Source of the DNA: Fimbriimonadia bacterium
GTDB lineage: Bacteria; Armatimonadota; Fimbriimonadia; Fimbriimonadales; JABRVX01
DNA length: 64,000 bases
NCBI GenBank assembly: GCA_041483895.1
Contig: JBGPGO010000002.1
Span: 64,001 to 128,000, forward strand
Direction of reading: 5' to 3'
Shown here in pieces: positions 38,280 through 48,911 of this stretch. The translations under genes were made by a program, and so were the position numbers. Within the stretch, counting starts at the first letter, position 1; each line of letters begins with the position of its first letter. The notes beneath the pieces are model-generated. The model worked only from the letters and a program-made list of their open reading frames with translations, made no database searches and had not been told where the DNA came from.

Positions 38280-39590
38280 CTATATCATGCCCCGTGCTTT
38301 TATGTGCGTGTAGTAGTTGATCAGCGCTTGGGCCAGATTCTGCGGCTCCGCGTCCACCACGTGAATCCCCCCTAGTTCCAACTCACGGATCACCTGCTTG
38401 CGATCTTCCTGCACCTCCAGGGCGACCGCCCGCTGGTACATATTGGTCGGCGAGCTAACCGTCCGACTCGCAATCAGGTCCAGCTTCGGGTCAGAGACGG
38501 TGGCCGCAAGGCAGAGGTGCCGATTGCGCAGAGACAGCAGCGCCGTAGTCATTTGTCGCGAAGCCTCCGGCTCGATCAGGTCCGTGAAGGCGACGATCAA
38601 CGATCGCTTCCGCCACCGCCGAGCCAGGTAGTTGAAGGCCCGCCGCGCATTCGACTCGACCGGCTCCGGCTCCAGGCCATGCAAGGCCTCCAGCATCGCG
38701 CCGATCTGCGCCCTCCCCTTCCGAGGTGGCATGAACCGCACCACCTGATCGTGGTAGACCAGCAGACCCACCCGATCTTGCGCCTGAACTGCTGCGTTCG
38801 CGAGCATCAGGGCGGCATCGATCACATGATCGAACTTGCGAATCCCGTCAACCTCCGCCATCATTAGTCGTCCTAAATCGATGGCAAGCAACACCGATTG
38901 GCTTCGCTCCGCCTCATACTCCCGCACCATCAGCTTGCCGCGCTTGGCCGATGCCTTCCAATCCACGCGCCGGACCTCATCGCCCACCGTATACTCCTTC
39001 AGCGATTCGAATTCGCTCCCCACGCCTTTCAAAGAGGCCCGCCGGATCCCCATCTCCCGCAAGTGCCCACGATGCTTCAATAGGTTGTACTTTCGCAGCG
39101 CCAAAACATTCGGATAGACGCTTATGGCTTCATTGATCGGCAGCTTCACGATGCGGTCAACAAGTCCTAGCGGGGTCGGGACTCTCAGGAACACTTCCCG
39201 GAACTCGAACGCTCCCCGGTTTTGGGGCCGCAGGTGATATCGGACCTCCTCCGCCCTCCCCGGCTGCAAACGCACGGAAAACTCCCGCCGGTCGGAGGGG
39301 ATTTCCGCCGGTGGCTCATCGCGCACGGTCACCTGCATCGGCGCTCGTCCAAGATGGCTGAGACGGAGCCGCACTAGATTGTCCGACCGGACGGAGAGGA
39401 CCGGGTCATGAATTCGTTCCGCCAAAAAGCTCTCCCGTTTCGGCCCCAATAGAAAGCCCGCAACGGCGGCCCCGATGAGGGCAGCGTCATAGATACACAT
39501 CAGCGAGAGGTACCCAGGGCTGAGCGTCCCAAGGAGTCCCAACACAATTCCGCCCGCGAGGAGCCACCAAAAACGACGAGTGAATACCAT
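38280..39590 (-). CDS. DUF58 (vWA-like, MoxR-associated) membrane protein
   Basis: 'EFESLKEY..GDEVRRVDWKASAKRGKLMVREYE', 'FTDL'; likely start MVFTRR. Confidence 0.9.
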   Translation of the reverse strand: MVFTRRFWWLLAGGIVLGLLGTLSPGYLSLMCIYDAALIGAAVAGFLLGPKRESFLAERIHDPVLSVRSDNLVRLRLSHLGRAPMQVTVRDEPPAEIPSDRREFSVRLQPGRAEEVRYHLRPQNRGAFEFREVFLRVPTPLGLVDRIVKLPINEAISVYPNVLALRKYNLLKHRGHLREMGIRRASLKGVGSEFESLKEYTVGDEVRRVDWKASAKRGKLMVREYEAERSQSVLLAIDLGRLMMAEVDGIRKFDHVIDAALMLANAAVQAQDRVGLLVYHDQVVRFMPPRKGRAQIGAMLEALHGLEPEPVESNARRAFNYLARRWRKRSLIVAFTDLIEPEASRQMTTALLSLRNRHLCLAATVSDPKLDLIASRTVSSPTNMYQRAVALEVQEDRKQVIRELELGGIHVVDAEPQNLAQALINYYTHIKARGMI

Positions 39591-39646
39591 CCCAAGAAGT
39601 CTACCGCGTTGCATCCCGCCGCGCGCGCGGGCGATAATCATAGGCG

Positions 39647-40417
39647 ATGCCGCAGGAATTGACCTTACTCACTCCGGAAAAGGTGGAAGTCACGTTTCGA
39701 CTGGCGGGCATCCCGTCGCGCGTCTGGGCGTACCTTTTGGACAAGCTGTTCTATTTTACGGGGATGGGGATCATTTTCCTGACGGGCATCTTGCTGTTCG
39801 GCCTCCTTCACTTGCCCGCAGCGTTGGCCGACATCGCGGCAACCATCTATTTGTATCTGTTCGTGGCGGGATTCTTCGCGTACCCCATTCTCAGCGACAT
39901 CTTTATGAATGGGCAGACGTTCGCCAAGCGAATCTTGGGATTGCGCGTCGTTATGGTCAATGGCGCGCCGATCACTACGCCCGCCGCTATCCTACGGGAG
40001 CTGTTCATCACGGCGGACTTCCTTCCCAGCGTGTTCTTGGTCGGCGCGATTGCGATGTTTCTGTCCGAGCGGAGCCAGCGGGTCGGGGATATGGTCGCCG
40101 GAACCATCGTCGTGATCTCCCGAAGGCCGCATATGCAGAAGGCGGCGCTGGACCGTTTTGAGGTTCCGGAGCACCATCTGGAGGACAGAATCCGCTCCGT
40201 ATCGGCCCTCAACGAAGCCGATTTGGTAGCAATCCGCACCTTTCTTGCGCGCTACCCCGACCTTCCGATGGCAAAACGGGAGCAGCTGTATCGGGAGATT
40301 TGGGCTTCCATCGCGTCACGATGCCAGTTCGAAATACCTCCTGGGGCCTCGCCGCTCGTGATGCTCGCGGCCATCGAGCGCAAGCTCGCGCGCGACCTCG
40401 CCGGCCGCGACTCCTGA
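39647..40417 (+). CDS. RDD-family membrane protein
   Basis: 'TPEKVE..LAGIPSRVWAYLLD', 'GQTFAKR..GLRVV', 'QRVGDMVAGTIVV'. Confidence 0.92.
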   Translation: MPQELTLLTPEKVEVTFRLAGIPSRVWAYLLDKLFYFTGMGIIFLTGILLFGLLHLPAALADIAATIYLYLFVAGFFAYPILSDIFMNGQTFAKRILGLRVVMVNGAPITTPAAILRELFITADFLPSVFLVGAIAMFLSERSQRVGDMVAGTIVVISRRPHMQKAALDRFEVPEHHLEDRIRSVSALNEADLVAIRTFLARYPDLPMAKREQLYREIWASIASRCQFEIPPGASPLVMLAAIERKLARDLAGRDS

Positions 40418-40478
40418 GAAAACAGCCGGTTGCCGTGCCCGAATATTTCAGGTACCCTGACGCGAAAGGGAGTTGCCG

Positions 40479-41585
40479 ATGATTAGTTCACTCATGCTTC
40501 TGTTAGCCGTTGCCGTGCCGCAATCCACGGATGGGCAGGCTTTGTACGATCAGATCAGCGCAAAGCTGACGGCGGCGAAGGGACTATCCGTCGATGCGGA
40601 AATCAGCTTGGCAGGGCAGATCATCAAGACGAGCGCGAAGGCGCTGAAACCGAATTTCTACAACATGGTTGCGGACCAGCAAGAAGCCCATTGCGATGGG
40701 AAGAACGCCTACATATACGTTCCCTCGCAAAAACAGTATTTCAAGATGCCGGTCACCGGCAATGAGCTTCAGCAGGTCGGCTTTCCCGGAATGGAATCGT
40801 TCGTCGCTCCCGAGCCAATTAAGATGACCGTGAAAAGCATGGAGACGAAGACCTTCAATGGCGTCGAAACCAATATGCTGGCGCTCGAAGGACAGATCAA
40901 TGGCCGCGAACGCAAATACGCCATGTACGTTGCCAAAGATACCGGCCTGCCGGTCGGGATCGAAGACAACAGCGTCCAAGGTTTCCAGCTCAAGATCACA
41001 TACAGGAATCTGGTTCTCGATCCGCCTGATCTGACGCCGGATGCTTTCAAATGGGCGCCACCAGCCGACGCCAAGGAGGCCGTTCAGGAGACCGGCGAAT
41101 TGAACCCGGCTCTGCTGAAAGTCGGCGCAACGGCGCCGAAATTCTCCGTAAAGCTGGCGAGTGGGGGAACAACGAGCCTGGCCGCGCTCCTGCCTAAGAG
41201 CAAGGCCGTCCTCGTCACGTTTTGGTTCTCCGAATGCGAAGACTTTCCACAGATGCAAAAGCTGTATTCGGAGTATAAGGCGAAAGGGCTCGCGATAGTC
41301 GCCGTGAACTACCAAGATTCGGCGGATGCCATCAAAAAATATGCCAAGACTGTCAAAGCGACGTTTCCGTTGGCGATGAATGGCATTGGCACGGGGGATG
41401 CCGTCAAGCTGTACGGCGTCAAGGCGTTCCCGACAAGCTATCTTGTCAACTCCAAAGGCAAAATCGTGTGGGCCTCGATCGCATACGACGATGCCGGTCT
41501 GCGTAAGGCGCTGAAGGGTTTGATCGCCGCAACGACAGGGAAGAAACCTGCGCCTAAAAAGCCCGCGAAGAAAAAGAGCGGTTAG
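40479..41585 (+). CDS. secreted LolA-like + TlpA/redoxin fusion protein with a degenerate active site
   Basis: N-terminal LolA/DUF2092-like region ('KPNFY', 'FKWAPPADAK'); 'LLKVGATAPKF', 'VLVTFWFSECEDFP', 'YGVKAFPTSYLV'. Confidence 0.8.
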   Translation: MISSLMLLLAVAVPQSTDGQALYDQISAKLTAAKGLSVDAEISLAGQIIKTSAKALKPNFYNMVADQQEAHCDGKNAYIYVPSQKQYFKMPVTGNELQQVGFPGMESFVAPEPIKMTVKSMETKTFNGVETNMLALEGQINGRERKYAMYVAKDTGLPVGIEDNSVQGFQLKITYRNLVLDPPDLTPDAFKWAPPADAKEAVQETGELNPALLKVGATAPKFSVKLASGGTTSLAALLPKSKAVLVTFWFSECEDFPQMQKLYSEYKAKGLAIVAVNYQDSADAIKKYAKTVKATFPLAMNGIGTGDAVKLYGVKAFPTSYLVNSKGKIVWASIAYDDAGLRKALKGLIAATTGKKPAPKKPAKKKSG

Positions 41586-42553
41586 CCGAGCCCGGCGCGG
41601 ATCAGGTCCTTGAGCATCAGCATGCCGATGGGCTCGCCGGCCTCGCCAAGGACCGGCAGTTCGCCGACTTTCTTTGGCAGCGTGCGGAAAATCTCCAGCG
41701 CCTCCGCGGCAAGCGGGTCGCCCGCGATTCGGTAAAAGTCGGAGATCATCGCCTCGCTCACCTGTGTCGTTTTCGGATCGCAGCCCCGCAGCAGAGACCG
41801 GCGGATGTCCCCTTCGGCGAACAGCCCGATCATCTGGCCCTCACCATTGACGACGCACGCCGCACCAGCGCCGGCGCGAGTGATTGCGATGATCGTATCG
41901 ATCAGCAAGCTCGATTCTGGGACGATTGCAAGTTCATCGCCCGTTCGCATCACGTCGCTCACCCGCAGCAGCAGTCGCCGGCCAAGCGAACCCGCCGGAT
42001 GATACCGAGCGAAGTCCGCGTGCTGGAAATCGCGGGCCTGCATGACGGCGAGCGCCAATGCGTCTCCAAGAGCCACCATGACCGTGGTGCTGGTCGTCGG
42101 CGCCAAATTGTGCGGGCAGGCTTCGCGATCGATGCTGACGTCCAACACCACCTGTGACGCTTTGGCCAATGTGGAGTCCGTCCGTCCCGTCATCGCAATC
42201 ATTTTCGGCCCGATCTGCTTCAGGGTCGGCAGCAGCGCAAGAATCTCCTCCGTCTCGCCGGAATAGCTGAGCAGCAGAACCAGCTCCTTGCTGGAAACGA
42301 TCCCGACGTCGCCGTGCAAGGCATCCGCGGGATGAAGAAACTGGCTGGGCGTACCAGTGCTTGTCAGCGTTCCCGCAACTTTGCCCGCGATGTGGCCGGA
42401 TTTGCCAATTCCGGTAGTAATGACTCGGCCCTCGCAAGCGAGGATTGCGCGAACGGCATCATCGAACGCGCCATCGATCCGCTCCGCCAGCGCCGCGACC
42501 GCCGCCGCCTCCATGCGCAGCACCTCCCGTCCCCGATCGCCGTGCCCTGCCAT
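41582..42553 (-). CDS. kdsD: KpsF/GutQ-family arabinose-5-phosphate isomerase (SIS + CBS)
   Basis: 'TGIGKSGHI', 'HPADALHGD', 'EACPHNLAPTTST', 'HPAGSLG'. Confidence 0.93.
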   Translation of the reverse strand: MAGHGDRGREVLRMEAAAVAALAERIDGAFDDAVRAILACEGRVITTGIGKSGHIAGKVAGTLTSTGTPSQFLHPADALHGDVGIVSSKELVLLLSYSGETEEILALLPTLKQIGPKMIAMTGRTDSTLAKASQVVLDVSIDREACPHNLAPTTSTTVMVALGDALALAVMQARDFQHADFARYHPAGSLGRRLLLRVSDVMRTGDELAIVPESSLLIDTIIAITRAGAGAACVVNGEGQMIGLFAEGDIRRSLLRGCDPKTTQVSEAMISDFYRIAGDPLAAEALEIFRTLPKKVGELPVLGEAGEPIGMLMLKDLIRAGLG

Positions 42554-44455
42554 CTAATGCACCCGCGCTCCGGACGGCGCCGGCTGGGACGGAGTAAGGA
42601 AGATGGCGCCCGATTCGCCGTCCGCCGCCAACATCATGCCTTGCGATTCAATTCCGCGAATCTTGGCCGGTTTCAGATTGGCAACAACGACGATCTGCTT
42701 GCCCACCAGCTCGTCGGGTTTGTAATACTCCGCGATTCCGGCGGCAATCGTCCGATTCTCCTCGCCAACCTGTATCGAGAGCTTGAGCAGTTTGTCCGAT
42801 CCGGGGACGGACTCGGCAGCCAACACCTCCGCGACGCGCAATTCGATCTTGGCAAACTCGTCAATCGATATGGGCGGCACGGTCGGCTTTTTCTCTTCCG
42901 TGGGAGTTTCTGTCGCGGGCGGCTGCAGACGCGGGAAAGCCGGTGTCGGCCCCGGTAGTTTCGTTCCGGCCGAGAGCAGGTCGAATCGCTCCGTCTCTTC
43001 CCATTTGCCGGATGTCGAGAAGCCAAGCTGCTTGTGAATCTGCACCCCCGTACTTGGCAAGAACGGCGAGAATAGCGTTGCCGCAAATCGTCCCGTTTCC
43101 AGCATCGTGCGCAGCACCGATCCCAATGCGACGGCGTCGCCGCTCTTTGCCAGCCCCCACGGTGCCATATCGTCAATGTAATGATTCAGGTCGGATACCA
43201 CACCCATAGCCGCATCCAGCGCCTGATCGAGCCGGAAGATATCCATCGCCGCCACATACGCCTTCACCCGTTCGGCAAGCCGGCCGGTGAACGCCGGGTC
43301 CGCATCCGAATCCGGCACGATGCCATCGACAAATTTGTGCGTCATGCTGATCGATCGGTGGATGGCGTTGCCAAAATCGTTGGCCAGTTCCGTGTTGTAG
43401 CGGGACTCGAAATTCTCTTGCGTGAACATCGTGTCGGAGGCAAATGGCATCTCGCGCGCCATGTAATATCGCACCGCGTCCACGGCAAGCTCCTGCGTGC
43501 AGCCGGCGCGCGCTGCCAGTTCGGTCGCAAGCTGCACGGGATCGACGACGTTCCCCTTCGTCTTCGAAATCTTCTCCCCACCGATCGTCATCCATCCGTG
43601 GCCGACAAGCGTTTCCGGCAGCGAGATGCCGAGACCCATCAGGATCGCGGGCCAGAGCGTCGCATGGAATCGAACGAGAATGTCTTTGCCCATCCACTCC
43701 ACATCCGGAGGCCACAGCTCACTCGTCTCCTTCTCCGGCCAACCGGTGGCGGCCAGATAGTTGATGAGCGCGTCGAACCACACGTAGATCACCATCGAGT
43801 CGTCGCCCGGCACCGGAATCCCCCACCCGTTGTTGGCGCGGGTGATGCACGCATCGCGTAGGCCGGATTCGATAAAGCGGACCACCTCATTCTTGCGGCC
43901 CTCCGGCAGGATGAAGCGCGGGTGACTCTTGATATGTTCTATCAGGCGGTCCGCATAGGCTGACAGCTTGAAGAAGTAGTTCTGCTCTGTCACCCAATTG
44001 ACAGGCCGGCGGCATTCCGGGTTCGGGCACAGTCCGTCCTCCACCTCGTTGGGCCTCCAGAACGTCTCGCACGAGACGCAATACCACCCTTCGTAATTGC
44101 CGACGTATATGTCGCCCTTCTCATGGAGCCGCCGAAACACCTCCTGAACGGCCTTTCGGTGCCGCTCTTCGGTCGTCCGGATGAAGTCGTCGTATCGGAT
44201 GCCCAAACCGTGCCAGATTGCTTGGAATTCGGCGGATATGGCGTCCACAAACTGCTGCGGCGATTGGCCGGCCCGCTCGGCCGCCTCCGCGACCTTCGGA
44301 GCGTTCTCATCCGTTCCCGTCAGGAACATCACCTCGCGACCGCGCATCCGCTGATATCGGGCGGTAATGTCCGCGGCCAACGTTGTTAAAGCCGTCCCGA
44401 TATGTGGCTTCGAGTTCACATAGTAGATGGGCGTGGTGATGTAGTAGGGCTTCAT
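42554..44455 (-). CDS. metG: methionyl-tRNA synthetase with C-terminal tRNA-binding domain
   Basis: 'YITTPIYYVN..PHIG', 'GTDE', Zn knuckle, 'YVWFDAL', 'KISKTKGN' (KMSKS-type), 'NLKPAKIRGIESQGM'. Confidence 0.97.
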   Translation of the reverse strand: MKPYYITTPIYYVNSKPHIGTALTTLAADITARYQRMRGREVMFLTGTDENAPKVAEAAERAGQSPQQFVDAISAEFQAIWHGLGIRYDDFIRTTEERHRKAVQEVFRRLHEKGDIYVGNYEGWYCVSCETFWRPNEVEDGLCPNPECRRPVNWVTEQNYFFKLSAYADRLIEHIKSHPRFILPEGRKNEVVRFIESGLRDACITRANNGWGIPVPGDDSMVIYVWFDALINYLAATGWPEKETSELWPPDVEWMGKDILVRFHATLWPAILMGLGISLPETLVGHGWMTIGGEKISKTKGNVVDPVQLATELAARAGCTQELAVDAVRYYMAREMPFASDTMFTQENFESRYNTELANDFGNAIHRSISMTHKFVDGIVPDSDADPAFTGRLAERVKAYVAAMDIFRLDQALDAAMGVVSDLNHYIDDMAPWGLAKSGDAVALGSVLRTMLETGRFAATLFSPFLPSTGVQIHKQLGFSTSGKWEETERFDLLSAGTKLPGPTPAFPRLQPPATETPTEEKKPTVPPISIDEFAKIELRVAEVLAAESVPGSDKLLKLSIQVGEENRTIAAGIAEYYKPDELVGKQIVVVANLKPAKIRGIESQGMMLAADGESGAIFLTPSQPAPSGARVH

Positions 44456-44482
44456 AGGGCACATAGTCTACCTAAATGCGAA

Positions 44483-44511
44483 CCGCCTCCGAGACCTTGC
44501 CTCGGAGGCGG
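44483..44511. terminator. hairpin after the 44538 gene
   Basis: CCGCCTCCGAG-7nt-CTCGGAGGCGG. Confidence 0.5.
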
Positions 44512-44537
44512 CGGCGTCCCCACGGATGGTGAGCCCT

Positions 44538-46817
44538 CTAATTCCAGAACGCGGCGTTGGCCATTTCGATGAGGAGACAGCCAACCGGTTCCTCGGTGCT
44601 ATCGATGAGGTAGCCAGGCTGGAACCGGAGGTCGCCGTGATTCCGGCTGATAAAGTCATCAAAGTTGGTCGAAGCGAACGCAACGATCGTTTCGATCTGG
44701 AGAAGGGAATCGAGATCGTCCGGAATGTCGAGCGCGGCAAAGAGAGCGTCTCTCACGTCGTCCGCTATCTTGCATTTCTGGGTTACCCCGATGGCGACCG
44801 TCGAGAAGTATTCGACATTGCAGCGCAGGTCGTCGCGTGTCGGCACCTTCACCTGGAAGCCAAGCTCCGCCGCGTAGGGACCGTCCGGCGGCTTGCTGCC
44901 GTTGGAGAGCACATAGATAACGGTCAGCGTGTACCGGGTGCCGGGTGGCGAGAACAGCAGGCATCGAGTGCCAAGGCAAGGCCCTGTCGGAGGCCGCTGC
45001 AAGGCGACGCTGCACACCGGATAATCCAAGTCCGCGTTCGTTGCCTTCTTAAGACTCGTCGCGAAGTTGGTATTGAGGTCTGAGCCGATGCCGGTGACAA
45101 AGAGTGTGCACTTTAGCACTGGCGTCACCTTGCTGAGCTTGACCGCTTGAACAATCACTCGCGTCATGTCCACGAATTTGCATTCGAGAACGTCGCGTAT
45201 CGTGATATCATCCAAATTGATCACTTCTGGCCGGAAGATCCTGTGAAGTTCACCGTTGAGCAGATCGCGGCAGATTGGGCTGGTGCAGATCAGGTTCGGC
45301 AACAGCGACGTGTCGCACGGTTTCGCCACTACGTTGACGCTGGTGGAGCAGCCATTTTGGTTGGTTCCATCGCTGACGTTGATCGCTATCACCGATTCGC
45401 CGATCGGATATTCATAGGTGAATTCAAAATCCATCACAGTTGGCGCCGGACCGGCCGACTTCGTCTGTGTATGTACAGGGACGCCACCCACGTACCAGAT
45501 GATAGTGAGACCATCGCCGGTGATATCCTCGGCATGCCCCCTCAGCGTGACCTTGCCACCGTTCTTTGTGTTTTGGTCTATCGTAACTGGGAGCGGGCAC
45601 TGAATCGTCGGACCTGAATTCGTTATCGTGACCGAAGAATCGCATGTGGTGGGATCGGTCTTTCCGTCGGTAACGGATACCGTAATTAGGTGCTTCCCGA
45701 CCAAGTATCCGTCCTTAAAGGTGACATCCGCGTCGGTGGGAGGACCGCCTGAAGGCACATTCTGCGTCGATCGGAGAATGCCGTCCACATACCATTTGAC
45801 GACGAGCGGGTCTCCGTCCATGTCTGTTACGTGCGCGAGCAGAGTGACAGGCGTGGTCGGCGATGAAGTCTGCTCCATCGTCACAGGATTCGGACAGTTA
45901 ATGGTGGGCGGTCCGTTGGTCGCGACCGTGATTTCGCCGAGCACCGTCAGGCCGCCAATCTTGGTACTTGCTTTGGCGCCCTGAAATTCGAGTTGCAGCG
46001 CGCCCGTGGCGATGTCAAATTTCCGAATGTATCGCGTTTCCGTCCCCGCGCTCCAGAACGATTTGCCGTTTGGATCAAGATTCAGGGCAAACCAGCGATT
46101 TTCAAAGGAGGTGTCGTAGGTCTTGATGATGTTACCGAAGCCATCGAGTCGCAGAATGTTCTCCGTGTCCGCTACCAGCATCCCTCCGCTGGGTAGCAGA
46201 CGAAACGCGAAGGCAAGGGTGCCGGGCAGGGTCGTAACAAAATCCTCGATCTGCTGCTGCGATTTGATGTCGAACCGCCGGATATGACTGTCCTGCGTCG
46301 TGTAATACATAGTGGTCTGATCGGCGGCGAGGTCCATAGCGGCCGGCCCGCGCCAACCGGTTACCACATCCGAGTTTCCGGTTTGGACACCGACTGGATT
46401 GACTTTCACGATGTTTGCCGTCCCATCGGCCAGACCGACATACACGTTGCCGGCCGCATCAAAGACAACTGATTCCGGGTGAGCGTCATATCCCGATCCA
46501 AACGTGCCAATCTTCTGGCCATTCGGATTGAACACGACAACGTAGCTGGTGTCAAAGATTGTTAGATATAAATTGTTCTTTTGATCGAACGCCATTCCGC
46601 AGCCTTCGCCGAGAATTCCGGCGTCGAGCGTTTTGATCAGCGTGACAACGTTGCCGTTCGGTCTGTACCATTCAATTTTCGCGGTGGAGAACAGACTGCC
46701 ATACGAGACGAAAACGTCGCCCTTTTGAAATGTCTGGGCGCCGGCGCTTGCAGCTATGAGCCCCGCCGATAGGATTCCCGCTAGGCGAAAGATTGACACC
46801 CCATTCGATATCATCAC
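44538..46817 (-). CDS. secreted protein: NHL/SMP-30-like beta-propeller, two HYR/Ig-like repeats and a conserved Cys-rich C-terminal domain
   Basis: Signal peptide; 'GMAFD..NLY', 'VVFDAAGNVY'; duplicated 'GP.I.CP.PVT..Q..D..GD.L...WYV.G' repeats; C-terminal domain shared with the next two genes. Confidence 0.8.
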   Translation of the reverse strand: MMISNGVSIFRLAGILSAGLIAASAGAQTFQKGDVFVSYGSLFSTAKIEWYRPNGNVVTLIKTLDAGILGEGCGMAFDQKNNLYLTIFDTSYVVVFNPNGQKIGTFGSGYDAHPESVVFDAAGNVYVGLADGTANIVKVNPVGVQTGNSDVVTGWRGPAAMDLAADQTTMYYTTQDSHIRRFDIKSQQQIEDFVTTLPGTLAFAFRLLPSGGMLVADTENILRLDGFGNIIKTYDTSFENRWFALNLDPNGKSFWSAGTETRYIRKFDIATGALQLEFQGAKASTKIGGLTVLGEITVATNGPPTINCPNPVTMEQTSSPTTPVTLLAHVTDMDGDPLVVKWYVDGILRSTQNVPSGGPPTDADVTFKDGYLVGKHLITVSVTDGKTDPTTCDSSVTITNSGPTIQCPLPVTIDQNTKNGGKVTLRGHAEDITGDGLTIIWYVGGVPVHTQTKSAGPAPTVMDFEFTYEYPIGESVIAINVSDGTNQNGCSTSVNVVAKPCDTSLLPNLICTSPICRDLLNGELHRIFRPEVINLDDITIRDVLECKFVDMTRVIVQAVKLSKVTPVLKCTLFVTGIGSDLNTNFATSLKKATNADLDYPVCSVALQRPPTGPCLGTRCLLFSPPGTRYTLTVIYVLSNGSKPPDGPYAAELGFQVKVPTRDDLRCNVEYFSTVAIGVTQKCKIADDVRDALFAALDIPDDLDSLLQIETIVAFASTNFDDFISRNHGDLRFQPGYLIDSTEEPVGCLLIEMANAAFWN

Positions 46818-46977
46818 AAACCTCCCCGATTCATCAAAGCATCAGTAAACGCAGTTTTGCATTCCGGCATGATCTGGCCGGCTTTCATATCTTACAACCG
46901 GGTTTAACTTTTCGCCCGCTATATCTCAAAAAAGACGGTAGTAGGGCCGGTAAGGTCTGGTAGTTATTCGGGGGAAG

Positions 46978-47011
46978 TGACGAAAAACAGCGCGGGTCCG
47001 AAGACCCGCGC
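46978..47011 (-). terminator. rho-independent terminator (copy at 48860-48893)
   Basis: Minus strand GCGCGGGTC-TTCG-GACCCGCGC-TGTTTTTCG. Confidence 0.8.
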
Positions 47012-47035
47012 TTGCGCAATAAGACCGTTATCCAC

Positions 47036-48709
47036 CTAATGCCACAACAGCGCATCGGCCATCTCGATAAGGAGACATCCAATTGGCTCTTCTGTGCTAT
47101 CGACCAGGTAATTGGTCTTGAAGCGAACATCGTATACGCCGTCACGGTTCTTCGCCAGCAGGTCGGCAAAGTCTATCGAGCAGAAGGCGATAACAGTTTC
47201 AAACTCCAGAAGCGCCTCGAGATCGATCGGATTGTCGAGCGCGTGATTCAGGGCGGCCGCGCACTCGGAGGTGATCTTGCACTTCTGTGTGACGCCCGCC
47301 GCTACCGTCGAGAAGTATTCGATGTTGCACCGAATGTCATTTCGGGTTGGTACTTGGACAACATAGCATATGTTGACGAAGATGGGCGGGCCCGGCCGGC
47401 CGTTTTCGTCGAGGATTACGTACTGGACCTGCAAAGTGTACGTTGTTAGTGGCGGTGAGAAGAGCAGGCACCGACAGCCGAGACAGGGCTCGCTGGGCGG
47501 CCGTTGCAGAGCGATTTCACATAGGGATCGGTCGAGGTCCGCATTGGTGGCCTTCTTTAGCTTGGAGTCGAAGTTCGTGTTCAATCCCCCACCGGGGCCG
47601 GTCGTAAAGGCCGTGCATTTGATCACCGGCGTGACCTTTGACAAACGGACCGTCTGAATTACCAAGTTCGGATCGCTGATATCCACATCGTTGCACTCCA
47701 ACACGTTGCGCACCGTGATCGGATCAAGGCAGATCACTTCCGGCCGGAAGAGTTCGTTCTGGTCGTTGTTGAACGGGTCCCTCCCATCGTGATCCTTTTC
47801 GCAGATCAAATTGGGCAAGAATGAGCAGCATCCGGACTGAACGTCGATTGTAATCAGCACCAATGCGACGCAATCTTCCGACCTGACATTACTATTCGTT
47901 CCTGTTAGATGGAGATTATTGTTGCCGAGACTTAAGAATGAAGCCAGGTTAAACTTCTTGATGTCCCAGAGCCTGCCGTCGTCACCTGGCCCATTGTTGT
48001 CGCCCGGAACGCTGTCTCCCTGGAAGTTATGGCCCTCCGCCATGAGCAGGGAGCCATTGATTTCGACTCTAGGATCCGGGTAGAAACCGCTGCCAATCTC
48101 ACCATCGGCGGCATGAAATGTAATGTTGGCCGTGCCGCCGGGATACACAACGTCGTCCAGATTTGCATCCCAGCCTTCGGCATCAAAGGCGCTGGGAAAG
48201 CTGGAGTCGTTTCCGTGAAATAGGTAAACGTCCCGATTGTTCAAGGGATTGCCATCGTCAAAGAAGATGACCAAGGAAGCGCCGTTATAATTGGCGAGCT
48301 CGCCATCCTGAAGGTCCGTCAAATCGTACGTTCCGTTTTTCTTCGCGGCAACAATCGCGGTAACGTCCGCTCGGTAGGTTTGAGAATTATCGTAGTCCGT
48401 CCAGCAATTGCTGGACGAGAACCCCAAATTCGTGCCTTTTATCGCGACACCATCGAACTTGAAAGTATAGGCGGCATCGGGATCCGTCGAGCTCGTAACC
48501 GCACCCCAATAAAGGTATGCAGTCTGAACGGAACCGGTAATCCCGACTACCGTTATCTTCCCGGAAGTGTGATCTCGCAAACCTCCGACACCAAATGATG
48601 CGAAATCTGTATTGGCGATCAAAGACCGGGTGGCCTTGCCCAGCGTATTCGACACGCCAAGCATAGGTAAAGTGATCAATACCGCGCACAAGAGCACTCG
48701 ACAGTTCAT
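47036..48709 (-). CDS. secreted DUF3344-like protein with the shared Cys-rich C-terminal domain
   Basis: Signal peptide; 'AYLYW', 'TYRADVT', 'NGASLVIFF'; shared C-terminal domain. Confidence 0.8.
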   Translation of the reverse strand: MNCRVLLCAVLITLPMLGVSNTLGKATRSLIANTDFASFGVGGLRDHTSGKITVVGITGSVQTAYLYWGAVTSSTDPDAAYTFKFDGVAIKGTNLGFSSSNCWTDYDNSQTYRADVTAIVAAKKNGTYDLTDLQDGELANYNGASLVIFFDDGNPLNNRDVYLFHGNDSSFPSAFDAEGWDANLDDVVYPGGTANITFHAADGEIGSGFYPDPRVEINGSLLMAEGHNFQGDSVPGDNNGPGDDGRLWDIKKFNLASFLSLGNNNLHLTGTNSNVRSEDCVALVLITIDVQSGCCSFLPNLICEKDHDGRDPFNNDQNELFRPEVICLDPITVRNVLECNDVDISDPNLVIQTVRLSKVTPVIKCTAFTTGPGGGLNTNFDSKLKKATNADLDRSLCEIALQRPPSEPCLGCRCLLFSPPLTTYTLQVQYVILDENGRPGPPIFVNICYVVQVPTRNDIRCNIEYFSTVAAGVTQKCKITSECAAALNHALDNPIDLEALLEFETVIAFCSIDFADLLAKNRDGVYDVRFKTNYLVDSTEEPIGCLLIEMADALLWH

Positions 48710-48746
48710 TTCAAACTCTCCTTCGAAAAGCAGTACACCAGACAGG

Positions 48747-48776
48747 ATTGTATCAAAGAATCTCCGGTTAAGCTAC
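48747..48776 (-). promoter_or_regulatory. conserved promoter (extended -10) with an upstream 11-bp box
   Basis: Minus strand GTAGCTTAACC-N8-TTTGATACAAT; same motif at 50641-50670. Confidence 0.65.
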
Positions 48777-48859
48777 TGGTTGTAGAAAACTACTGCCTGC
48801 GTGCCATCCCTTCCCCATACGCGCACAGGGCGGGAAGTTCTAATAGTGCCGTTTGTTTC

Positions 48860-48893
48860 TGACGAAAAACAGCGCGGGCCCGAAGACCCGCGC
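48860..48893 (-). terminator. rho-independent terminator, paralog of 46978-47011
   Basis: 33 of 34 nt identical to 46978-47011. Confidence 0.75.
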
Positions 48894-48911
48894 CGCTTGA
48901 GGAGAAGCTCT

